Assembly (NCBI GenBank): GCA_030390025.1
Contig: CM059438.1
Coordinates: forward strand, 66,404,001 to 66,468,000
Direction of reading: 5' to 3'
DNA: 64,000 bases
Source of the DNA: Squalus acanthias
Lineage: Eukaryota
Shown here: positions 35,601-46,251 of the stretch, piece after piece
How positions within the stretch are numbered: position 1 is the stretch's first letter
Layout of the letters: every line of letters begins with the position of its first letter
Notes under the pieces: model-generated
The model's database searches: none
Told to the model about the DNA's origin: nothing
Seen by the model: only the letters and a program-made list of their open reading frames with translations
Made by a program: the position numbers and the translations under genes

Positions 35601-36272
35601 ATGTTGGGGGGGGTTTCACCGCCGGCGCGGTGCAGCCCTGTGCTGACCCCCTCTCTCCTGTGGAGCATCAGGTGTTGTGGTTGCTGGTGTTGTGGTGGTG
35701 GGGCTCATCTTGGTCCGATTCTGAGGTCCAAGATGAGACAGCATAAGCGGTACCCACGCCGATCTAATAGATGGCAGGTAAAGTGGAGATCAGAGGGCCA
35801 ATCCCTCAGTGTTCTGATAATGATTAGCAATGTGATGAGAATGGCTACTGAGGTTGCAGAAATGACCTGTAACCTGCTGAAAGCTAAATGGTGTCAGCCA
35901 GAGTCTTTCCATTGGGCAAGGAAGCAGGTGTAAGGTGTGAGTATTTATGTGTTTTTTCCAGCTGTCACTTAATGAACTCGCGCAATGGCCGCCTCCCCTC
36001 CGCCTCCCCTTCACAGGCGAGGTTCCCGAGGTACGTGAATCCCGTGCTCAAGAAGTTAACGCCAAAACCTGATGTTAAAAAGCCTCTTAAGGGTCTCTCA
36101 ACAAGCAATTAAGAGGTGGGCCGCCTCTGCCGAGCTGGTCCGTGGCGCGCTGGGAAACACGCCCGAGTTAAATGCGGAAGTCGGCGGGTTCCCGACGTGC
36201 TGGCAATTCCCGGGAATTTTACTGCTGACGCACCCCCAAACCCGCATGATCGGCACTGGAAAAATTCCGGCC
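32633..36272. mobile_element. PIF/Harbinger copy C, internally deleted, hosting a solo LTR
   Basis: GGCCGGAATC / AATTCCGGCC ends; Myb exons at about 32928-33164, 34619-34778 and 34907-35274 (+) joined directly to the transposase 5' half at 35270-35770 (-). Confidence 0.88.
33397..34520 (-). mobile_element. Solo LTR (1124 bp) in the Harbinger Myb intron
   Basis: TG...CA with TGAAGGGATAA / TTATTCCTTCA inverted ends; AATAAA on minus strand at 33744-49; host intron resumes on both sides; TSD unclear. Confidence 0.75.
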
Positions 36273-36995
36273 AGTCTGGTGGAGACGCTACGTTTCAGAT
36301 GAGTTGATATATCAAGGCCTCATTTGCCCTCTGGTTTGGACGCAAAAGATCCCATGGCATTATTCATAGAAAAGCAGGGGGTTGTCCTGGCCAACCTTCA
36401 ACCAATATCACTAAAAAAATAAATCATCTAATTATGTATCCCATTGCTGGGATCTTGCCATGCACAGATTGCCTGCTGTGTTTCTATACATTACAACAGT
36501 GACTACACTTCAAAAGTACTTAATTGGCTGTGAAATGCTTTGGGACGTTCTGGGAATGTGTAACATGTGAAATAAACACTAGTTTGTTCTTTCTTCAATA
36601 TAAAAAGTTGAGTGATCAGCATAGAGCAGGATACAACCCAGAATGTGGAAATAAAATCTTTTAGGAAAACACTTTTTTTTTACTCCAGGGCTTCACAGAA
36701 CAAGGTTTCAGAAATCCTTACCTCTCAACGGCAAACAGGAATTTCAAATGTTTCTCTGTCCTCTCAACTTGTGCTGCGCTCTCCAGCGACAACAGTTGCT
36801 GTGAGTAACACTCTGAAGAGTAATGCTAAAATTGAACTGCATGTCAGCTTGGCTGCATTTACAACATCCACGTTTGCTGAGATTGATGAGACATGCTCAA
36901 AAGTCATGTTCCAAACGGTTGTGCTCATCTTTCTATGCACTCTCTCCTGCAAATGCTGTATTGTTTCAACATCACCCGTGGAAGCCTAGCTAGGA

Positions 36996-38345
36996 GGCAG
37001 GTGGATGTTTGTGGTTCTGACTGTGAGACAGGTGAATGTTTGAGGTTCTGGCTGTGAGACAGGCGAATGTTTGAGGTTCTGGCTGTGAGACAGGCGAATG
37101 TTTGAGGTTCTGGCTGTGACACAAGTGAATGTTTGAGGTTCTGGCTGTGAGACAGGTGAATGTTTGTGGTTCTGGCTGTGAGACAGGCGAATGTTTGAGG
37201 TTCTGGCTGTGACACAAGTGAATGTTTGAGGTTCTGGCTGTGAGACAGGTGAATGTTTGTGGTTCTGGCTGTGAGACAGGCAAATGTTTGAGGTTCTGGC
37301 TGTGAGACAGGCGAATGTTTGAGGTTCTGGCTGTGAGACAGGTGAATGTTTGAGGTTCTGACTGCGACACAGGTGAATGTTTGAGATTCTGGCTGTGAGA
37401 CAGGTGAATGTTTGTGGTTCTGGCTGTGAGACAGGTGAATGTTTGAGGTTCTGGCTGTGACACAGGTGAATGTTTGTGGTTCTGACTGTGACACAGGTGA
37501 ATGTTTGAGGTTCTGGCTGTGACAGAAGTGAATGTTTGAGGTTCTGGCTGTGACACAGGTGAATGTTTGTGGTTCTGGCTGTGACACAGGTGAATGTTTG
37601 AGGTTCTGGCTGTGACAGAAGTGAATGTTTGAGGTTCTGGCTGTGACACAGGTGAATGTTTGAGGTTCTGGCTGTGACACAGGTGAATGTTTGAGGTTCT
37701 GACTGTGAGACAGGTGAATGTTTGAGGTTCAGGCTGTGAGACAGGTGAATGTTTGAGGTTCTGACTGCGACACAGGTGAATGTTTGAGATTCTGGCTGTG
37801 AGACAGGTGAATGTTTGTGGTTCTGGCTGTGAGACAGGTGAATGTTTGAGGTTCTGGCTGTGAGGCAGGTGAATGTTTGTGGTTCTGGCTGTGAGACAGG
37901 TGAATGTTTGTGGTTCTGGCTGTGAGACAGGTGAATGTTTGAGGGTCTGGCTGTGAGACAGGTGAATGTTTGAGGTTCTGGCTGTGACACAGGTGAATGT
38001 TTGTGGTTCTGACTGTGACACAGGTGAATGTTTGAGGTTCTGGCTGTGACAGAAGTGAATGTTTGAGGTTCTGGCTGTGACACAGGTGAATGTTTGAGGT
38101 TCTGGCTGTGACACAGGTGAATGTTTGTGGTTCTGGCTGTGACACAGGTGAATGTTTGAGGTTCTGGCTGTGACAGAAGTGAATGTTTGAGGTTCTGGCT
38201 GTGACACAGGTGAATGTTTGAGGTTCTGGCTGTGACACAGGTGAATGTTTGTGGTTCTGGCTGTGAGACAAGTGAATGTTTGTGGTTCTGGCTGTGAGAC
38301 AAGTGAATGTTTGAGGTTCTGGCTGGGAGACTGTTTGTGGTTCCA
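36996..38345. repeat. 31-bp minisatellite, about 43 copies
   Basis: Unit ACAGGTGAATGTTTGAGGTTCTGGCTGTGAG with few variants; explains the 31-aa periodic ORFs. Confidence 0.97.
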
Positions 38346-39305
38346 GCTCTGGGACACGTGACTGTAACTGGGTTCAGTTTGAATCCTGCCCGCCCATGAG
38401 ATCATGCCGATTTTAGCCACTGGGCCTCATTAACATACCTACTTATCGGTAGCAATTCTGCCGGCCATTGAGCACCTGCCAAGACACAGGTAAGCGTGGG
38501 GACCGGGAGGAGGGGGATGGTAGGGGGAGAGGAGCGTGAAGCAGCAGAGGCCTACATTTTCAAATTTAAATTCCTCTTGCTGGCCCCACAAAAGGCAGTT
38601 TAAAAAACTCACCTTGAATGCCTCCTTCTGTTCCCTCTTCTCACTCAACGTTACCTGAAGTGCTGGAATCTCTTCATAACAGTGCGAGATTGTTCAGTCA
38701 CTGTTTAGGTGATGATCAGTGGTAGTTGGCACAGAGCGGCCCTTTGCTGACCATTCAGCCAGTTCCTCCTCAGTGAAACGGCGTGTTTCAATCACAGTCT
38801 GCAACAATTCGGCCATCTGATGATCAGGTTTGTCCAGATGCTGTTTGGTAGGCCACAGAATAACAAAACACCAAGGTCAATGACACCTTTCATATCTCCT
38901 AAATTTGAATAGCCCAGTCATGATTCACCAGTGCTTCAAGTTGGTTGCGTGATTATTTTCAGTCACAGCTGTAAAACTATAGTTAAACCATAATATGCTT
39001 CTGAAAAAAATATCTGGTTATTAAAAGCACTGACTCGGTTGCGTGCAAGTTGTTTCTTGTGGCTTTTAGCTATCCTATCCCTGATTATTTCGTTTATCGC
39101 TATACGTTATTAAAATTGACTAACCTTGTAATTACAAAATGATTTTCTGTCTCTGGTATGATAATTATATTGTCAAGTTTATGTGAACAGAATTATGAAA
39201 CTGATTATAATGACTGTTTAACAACACCATCTGTATGACCACAATCAGAAAATGTAAAAGTCAACTTTATTGCTAACATATTCATGTTTTGAACTAAGCA
39301 CAAAA

Positions 39306-40447
39306 GGGGTGATTTTCCCCCCGGAAAATGTAGGCGCTAAAGAGCTTCCGAAGCTGGGGTCGTGAGCTGGAATGCCGGTTTAGCCCACCTTTAGCGCAAG
39401 AAACCAGCTTTGTAAAGGAGTTGAAGCATGCGCTACGAACGGCTGCCCCGAGGATCATTGAGGTTCTGATTGAGAATTAAATTGGCTCCTAACGCACATT
39501 AAAGAGGCTGCATGCCATTTTGCTGGCTAGTGATGCTATTAACGACCTCTCCTAACAGCAACCATCTGAACAGGAGTAAAGAAGTCGTTGCTGAGGATCT
39601 CTGGCCCTACTTAAAGCCATGCTCAACTTTCACTGCTCACTTGCTGCTGGAGATCGACTGGCTACACTGTGTTTGAAGAGGACTTTTGAGACACATCGGG
39701 AGACTTTCTGGGACGCTTTGGCAAGATTTCACCAACACTCTATCAACATTCTTCCGGGAATTTCTCTGAGGACTTCACCTAAAGAGAGTGACTGCTGTGC
39801 TACTCCACCTTATTGGACACCTTACAGGAGTCACCAGGAGACAGGCAGTGCTTGCTAGGGGTGCCCCTTGGTTTGGAGGGGGACTGAGAAGAGGAGATGA
39901 GGCCAGGCAGAGCAGCACCGGCTGCTGCAGGAGAGAGGGACAGGAGGGACAGGAGGACGAGCTGGGCTCCTTCCCCCTTGCAGGTACAGGACATCAATGT
40001 TCCCTGTAATTTCTTTTGGCCCTGTGCGGCCAGTCAAAAGACCACGCAGCGCGGGTTCCCTGGAGCGCTGCGCGGCCACGCAGCTTATAGGGAACATTGC
40101 AGGACATCCCTCCTCCGCTGGTCCTCCTCCAATGCTCGAGAACCTCTGTGCCCTCTCCCTCGGCCTCTGAGCCATCCTGAAACGTCCTGTTATGTGCTCA
40201 GCCAGCGCACTCCGCACCTTCAGTGGAAGTGTGTGCGCGGAGGCTACATCCAGGAAAATTGCTCCTAATCGGTGCTTGAGTGCTAAACCTGCAGGTGACC
40301 ATTTTAGCTCCTCCTGGCCTGTTTAAATCATGGTAAACACTAATAAGCCACAAAATTGCGGGCTAAAAGCAGACTTTTAAACGGGCACGTCTTATTAGCA
40401 TAGCACCCACTTAGCACCTGTTTTCACCCTTTCCTGAAATAACCCCC
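39306..40447. mobile_element. Internally deleted Harbinger derivative
   Basis: GGGGTGATTTT / AAATAACCCCC ends; minus-strand MAQRPRERAQRFS (Myb N-terminus) near 40175 facing a transposase 5'-like remnant. Confidence 0.7.
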
Positions 40448-40775
40448 AAGAAGTTACAGGTAGATTGAAAATGTGAAGATGGCATGAGGTGGGGGGAGAA
40501 ATCTGGCAGTGCTGGCATTTGATATTTTATCTCTGGGTGGCATCATCGGATATGGCTGCAATGAGAGAATGGGATGGAATTATTGGCTCTGTTGACTTGG
40601 TGTCAGCCGTGGCTCTGAATTCATACTGGCAGTAAGCCACAGGGATAATAATTACAGCTGCCCACCACTGTGATAAGGTTCTCTCACTAGAAGGTATCTC
40701 ACTGCATTATTATAGTCCTCTCAGTTTTGCCTCACACCACTCACCAGCCTTCCACTTGCTTGCACTGCCATACTT

Positions 40776-41219
40776 GTCAGCCAGGTCTCAGTTGGTAGCA
40801 CTGTTGCCTCTGAGTCAGAAGGTTGTGGGCCCGTAGTCCCATCCAGAGACTTGAGCACAAAATTTATCTACATTGAGCACACTCCAGTGGAGTTCTGAGG
40901 GAGCTCTGCACCGTCGGAGGTGCTGTTTTTTGGATGAGACGTCAAACCGAGACCCCATCTGCCCTCTCGGGTGTACGTAAAAGATCACTATTTTGAAGAA
41001 GGGCAGCAGAGTTCTCCCTGGTGTCCTGGCCAATATTTATCACTAAAACAGATTATCTGGTCACTATCACGTTGCTGCTTGTGGGACCTTGCTTTGTGCA
41101 AGTTGGCTGCCACGTTTCCTACATAACAGCAGTGACTACACTTCATTGGCTGCAGAGCGTTTTAGGAATTCCTGAGGTTGTGAAAGGCGCTATATTAATG
41201 CAAGTCTTTCTTTCTTTTC
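40776..41219 (+). mobile_element. DeuSINE (SacSINE1-like)
   Basis: tRNA head tctcagttggtagcactgttgcctctgagtcagaagg; tail aaaggcgctatattaatgcaagtctttc. Confidence 0.85.
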
Positions 41220-41289
41220 ATAACTAGTCAAAGTGTTTTTAAGACTCTCGGCTTTATCTAGATTCTGAAATGTGGTGTAAAATGCAATT

Positions 41290-41840
41290 CAGCGGTAGCA
41301 CACTCGCCTCTGAATCAGAAAGCTGTGTGGTTCAAGAACAACTTCAGGACTCGAGCGCATATTCTTGGCTGACACTTAAGTGCTGTGCTGAGGGAATGCT
41401 GTGTTGTGGAAGGGCTGTACGTTGGATGAGATGTTAAACTGAGGCACTGTCTGCCTGTTCCGGTGGATATAAATGATTCAATGGTACATTCCTGAAGAGA
41501 TTCTCTAGAGGTCCTGGCCAAACTTTTTCCCTCAACCAACACCTCAAAAACAGATTAACTTGTCATATATCTCTTTTTCTGTTTTTGGGATCTTGCTGTG
41601 TGTAGATTGGCTGCCATGCCTGCCTGCAAATCAACAGTGACTGCCTTCAAAAGTAATTCATTGGCCGCAAAGTACTTTGGGACCTACTGAGAATGTGAAG
41701 AAAGAAAGAAAGACTTGCATTTATATAGCGCCGTTCACGACCACCGGACGTCTCAAAGCGCTTTACAGCCAATGAAGTACTTTTGGAGTGTATTCACTGT
41801 CGTAATGAAAGCCGCTGTATAAATTCTTTCTCTTTCTTTC
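41290..41840 (+). mobile_element. Older DeuSINE with an inverted SINE tail fragment (about 41699-41808) inserted near its 3' end
   Basis: Head ggtagcacactcgcctctgaatcagaa; inverted aaagacttgcatttatatagcgcc block. Confidence 0.75.
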
Positions 41841-43309
41841 TCTCTCACACGCTCTCCACATACCAGCCAGCTGTTAAGATTGCTGGATTTTGCTCATCTG
41901 AGGCATTTGGATAAAAACTGATTCCAAAAACTATAGGAATACAATACATCGCTGTTTGAAATGCATTTAAAACTGACTTATATCCAAGTTATTGAGCATT
42001 GAACAGACACAATAACGTATTAAAAATAATTTACTTTTAATTAACTATGCTCGAGGCAAGTTACTATCACAGTAAATATAATCATTACAGCACTAGCTGA
42101 GATCAGATCAATATAACACAGTACCCCATTCAAAATGAAAGTGTAATTGTTCTTAGTGTGGAAATAATTTTGAATCAAAATGAGACCTTTGTACTTAATT
42201 AATGCAGTAGCAGTTTAGGCTCAAAGGGTTCAATTTTCTTCTGTGGTGATGGTTTCACGTTAGTTCTACTTTCTGAATCCTTTGTTCTTAATCCTCTTTT
42301 CTCTTGGTTTGTGAGCAGCTTTCTTCTTTCATGATTATATTTTGAGAACCTAGTTTCTGCCTGTGTCTGTTGTGCCTCTGTCTCCGATTCTCCCTCTTTC
42401 TCACCGGCAAGAATTGCTCGTCACTGCATATTGGGTCATTACACAGAGCGGCTTGAGCGTTTCTTCTCCTGTGCTGTCATTTTTTCCCCCTCCTGCCTAT
42501 CTCGGTGACTTCATCCCGCCCTGGCCTTTTTTGCGATTCATCAGTGATGAAGCTTTAGCAAACAGATCAAGGGCCGAGTAAAAGACTCCTTGAAAATGGA
42601 ATGGCAACATGGCCAGGAGCTGAGTGGATGTTAAAGTGATCTGAAACCTCTAGACCATATAAAGTTAGCTGACTGTTTGAAATTATGTATAATATGCAGC
42701 TTGGTGGTAACGCTCTCGCCTCTGAATCAGATGACTGTGGGTTCAAGGCCAACTTCAGGACTTGAGCACACAGTCTTGAAAAAAAGTAGATGTTTGGCTT
42801 ATTTAGTTTCTAAATAAAATTAATTCCCCATCTGTATTCCTACTCACATTGTGTAAATGGTTATTTTCAACCCCCATCTGGTATGATTTCAGGATGCTTG
42901 AGCGCATTCAGCCTCTCAATTATTGTATTTGCGAAGCCATTGGTTCAGTGGGACAAATGAATAATAAATAAGGGACAAGCACTTAATTTTAAGTGTCTGC
43001 TGTAAACTGGCACTTAAAGCTACAATACACCACCTATAAAAAGTTTGTAAACCAGGTAAAAGCATTGCTGTCAATAATACTGTTCAATAAAAATCTGCTG
43101 TACAAACAGTTAATTGCTAATATAACCTGCAGATATATTACTTCATAAAATTTGGATGGTTTAAAGCATATGGCTATTATTCCTTGAAGGCCCTATCAAA
43201 GCACTTATTGGGCCAACGATGTAGAGCTCCCATTTATCCAATGCTCCATAGGCTAATTTGTGATAAAGATTGGCAATAACCATAATTTGGCCAATGTTAA
43301 TTATAAAGC

Positions 43310-43860
43310 AAGACAGAAGTCATCATCCTTGGGCCCCACCGCAAACTCCATACTCTCACCACTGATTCCATCCTCCTCCTCAGCCACTGTCTGAGGCTGA
43401 ACCAGACTGTTTGCACTCTCTGCATCCTGTTTGACCATGAACTGAGCTTCTGACCCCATATTCTCTTCATCACAGAGACTGCCTACTTCCACCTCCATAA
43501 TATTGCCTGTCATCTGCCTCCACCCCACCTCAGCCTAAGTGCCATTGAAGCTCTATTACATCTTTGTCGCCTCCGTACTGGATTACTCCAATGCCCTGCT
43601 GATCGGCCTCCCCTCCAACAGTTTCCATAAACTTTAGTTAATCCCAAACTCTTCTGCCCACACCACACCAAGTCCACTAATCCATCAGCCCTGTCCTTGC
43701 TTTCCTACATTGTTCCCCAATGCCTCAAGCTTAAAATTCTTCTTGTTAAATCCTGTTATGACCCTATCTCTGTAACATCTCCAGCCTTAAAATCCCCCCA
43801 CTCCCAAACTCTTAGTCTGGCTCTTGTAAATCTGTCATTCCCTTTGCATTACCATTGAGA
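43310..43860 (+). mobile_element. Degenerate L2 ORF2 fragment
   Basis: aagacagaagtcatcatc, ctggattactccaatgccctgctgatcggcctccc (LDYSNALLIGLP). Confidence 0.8.
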
Positions 43861-44086
43861 GAAAAAAAATCGCTTCTCAAAGTTAGCGCTATTTTGGGTG
43901 CGATTTGCTTCCGGATCGCCGATTGTGCCCAAAGCGGAAACTCCAGGCCATGGCATTCCTGATAAAAGTACTGTTCTGCATCTGAAGGTTTACCTCCTGC
44001 TGGTCTCTTGATCCAATGCTGAATATTGAAGCTGTTTGGATAGTCAGTTCTGCCAGGATCCAGACATCCGGATAACTATTTGTCCT

Positions 44087-44311
44087 AAAAACAGAAAATG
44101 CTGGAAATACTCAGCAGGTCAGGCAGCATCTGTGGAGAGAGAAACAGAGTTAACGTTTCAGGTCGATGACCCTTCGTCAGAACTAATCAGGTCATCGACC
44201 TGAAACGTTAACTCTGTTTCTCTCTCCACAGATGCTGCCTGACCTGCTGAGTGTTTCCAGCATTTTCTGCTTTTATTTCAGATTTCCAGCATTTGAAGTA
44301 TTTTGCTTTTG
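44087..44311. mobile_element. Non-autonomous palindromic Penelope family-2 insert
   Basis: TSD TAACTATTTGTCCT (44073-86 and 44312-25); about 85-bp inverted arms plus a tail on the right. Confidence 0.92.
44148..44184 (-). ncRNA. Minimal type I hammerhead ribozyme motif (family 2)
   Basis: Minus strand AGTT-CTGACGA-a-GGGTC-atc-GACCT-GAAA-CG-TT-AACT; AACGTT palindrome. Confidence 0.85.
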
Positions 44312-45299
44312 TAACTATTTGTCCTGTTGGATCAAGAACACGGAGTCAGTGAAGGTAACCAGCTTTTGTAAAACATTCTCTGACTCAAAAAAAGGTCTTG
44401 TGGATAATGGAGAGTGTGTGGCTAATCAGAGAGTGGTTCACCGAGGATCCACTGTACTTACATCAAGTAAAGAGTGTGTTTTGCTTCACTGACCTATAAC
44501 CTGGTAATCGTGCATTTCTGCTGTATTCAAATTCATCACCAGATTTCAAGCAAGTTGAAAAGGTAAATCTGCTATTGGGCTGACTCCAAAACTGTCTCTT
44601 CAGATTTGAAAATGATTGCACCAAGTCAGCTAACAGGCAATCATTGCCTTTCCATCTTTGAAGTTGAGCGTATACAAGGGAAGGAATGTTAAACTTGTGC
44701 CTTCAAATTATTCCAAACTGTAGAATTAGGTCGATCTGCAAAGGCTTGGATTTTCCTTTATTATGGAGCAGATCTTTCTTTTCTAACGGGTCAAAACTAT
44801 GCTTTGGTTAAACAATCTACAGATCATTTGTAACTAATCAAAATTATGTAAACATTGGCCACTTAAAAATGAAATATTGTTTTCCAGCAGATTGATAACA
44901 CATGCTAGTACACCACTGCTGCAGATCTGCTGCTCAATTTAGGGCTGATTGGAATTTCTGAAACAGTCAACCAGATTACTCAAGTGGTACTTGATTTTGA
45001 TTGCAACATGCCCTTCAGCTTCTCAAAATGGCTCAAAATTGATTACGTAGTTCGGAACAGACATTGGAGAAGTTTGAGATGAACACTGTGCTTAATGCAT
45101 TTGGACAGAAAATGTAAGTGTGAATTTTAAAAACATTTAATAAAGTACTGCAATGCTTTACTGGAATGTCCTCCTACAGCATTTAAATAACCCGTTGTTG
45201 CTGAAACTGAGAAAAAAATAGGTTGAAGCAAAGGTGACTGGTGGATTTGATGACCGAAAACATTAATCAGGCTTGCGTATTGAATTTCTTCAATTTGTT

Positions 45300-45660
45300 G
45301 AGTGGCCTCCTCCTACCCTTGGACCCTCCCTATAGCGCTACCCATTGACTGCGCTCCTCTAATTCTGCCCTCTTGAGCATCCCTGATTATAATCGCTCCA
45401 CCATTGGTGGCCGTGCCTTCAGTTGCCTAGGCCCTAAGCTCTGGAATTCCCTTTCTAAACCTCTCCGCCTCTCTACCTCTCTCCTCCTTTAAGACCTTCC
45501 TTAAAACCTATCTCTTTGACCAAGCTTTTGGTCATCTGCCCTAATTTCTCCTTATGTGGTTCGGTGTCAAATCTTTTGTCTTATAACACTCCTGTGGAGC
45601 GCCTTGGGACATTTTACAACTTTAAAGGCGCTATATAAACACAAATTGTTGTTGTTGTTG
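45300..45660 (+). mobile_element. L2 LINE 3' end
   Basis: ggtggccgtgccttcagttgcctaggccctaagctctggaattccctt (GGRAFSCLGPKLWNSL) and (TTG)n tail. Confidence 0.9.
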
Positions 45661-45880
45661 AATAGTTTCCTTTGTGCCAAAGCCAGCCATGTCAAATAGT
45701 ACATGTATTAATGCTGTTGGAAACCCTGCTGTGAGACCAGTTGTCAGTTGGTATGTTGTATTCTACTTTCCTCAAGTTGCCAGTCTTCATTTGTAGTGCT
45801 ACCTACTTTTCATGTCTGTTGTTGTTTAAAATTGAGAGGTCGCACAACACCAGGTTATAGTCCAACAGTTTTATTTGAAA

Positions 45881-45922
45881 TCACAAGCTTTCGGAGCTAT
45901 CGATCGCCCCTTCCTCAGGTGA
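45881..45922 (-). ncRNA. Minimal type I hammerhead ribozyme motif in the PLE 3' repeat
   Basis: Minus strand TCAC-CTGAGGA-a-GGGGC-gatcgata-GCTCC-GAAA-GC-TT-GTGA, sense to the RT ORF. Confidence 0.85.
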
Positions 45923-46251
45923 AGTAAAGAAATACAGACTCGACAAAGCATATATAGATAGAGAACAATGCATGTGTACCTTACAATTGCAGACAACTAA
46001 ATTAAATCATCCTGACTATCTGCCGAGGTGTGATAAAGTTAATCAGGTCAGCCAGGAAGGTACCACATCAAAGACATAGCAAGATACAACTGAGACAATG
46101 AGGTGGAGTCGCAGGGGGTCTAACGTGTCAAAAGCTGCCGTCTGTATGTAAAACGATAAGCTGTAAAATTTTTACTTTGTTACTGGGAAAATTTTTACTT
46201 TTTTACTGGGAATCACATCTGTGAACAAGCCAACGACGACTCGAGTCCGGA

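Larger units (their letters stand above)
32260..36590 (+). mobile_element. DeuSINE split into three pieces (32260-32352, about 32615-32632, 36273-36590)
   Basis: tRNA head gctcagtgggtagcactctcgcctctgag; body resumes as gcagtactgagg and tttcagatgag...ttacaacagtgactacacttcaaaagtac. Confidence 0.75.

Noticed and set aside
36925..38420. Minus-strand ORFs up to 476 aa with His/Cys periodicity resembling zinc fingers
   Set aside because: Artefact of the 31-bp unit cycling through frames; no C2H2 spacing.
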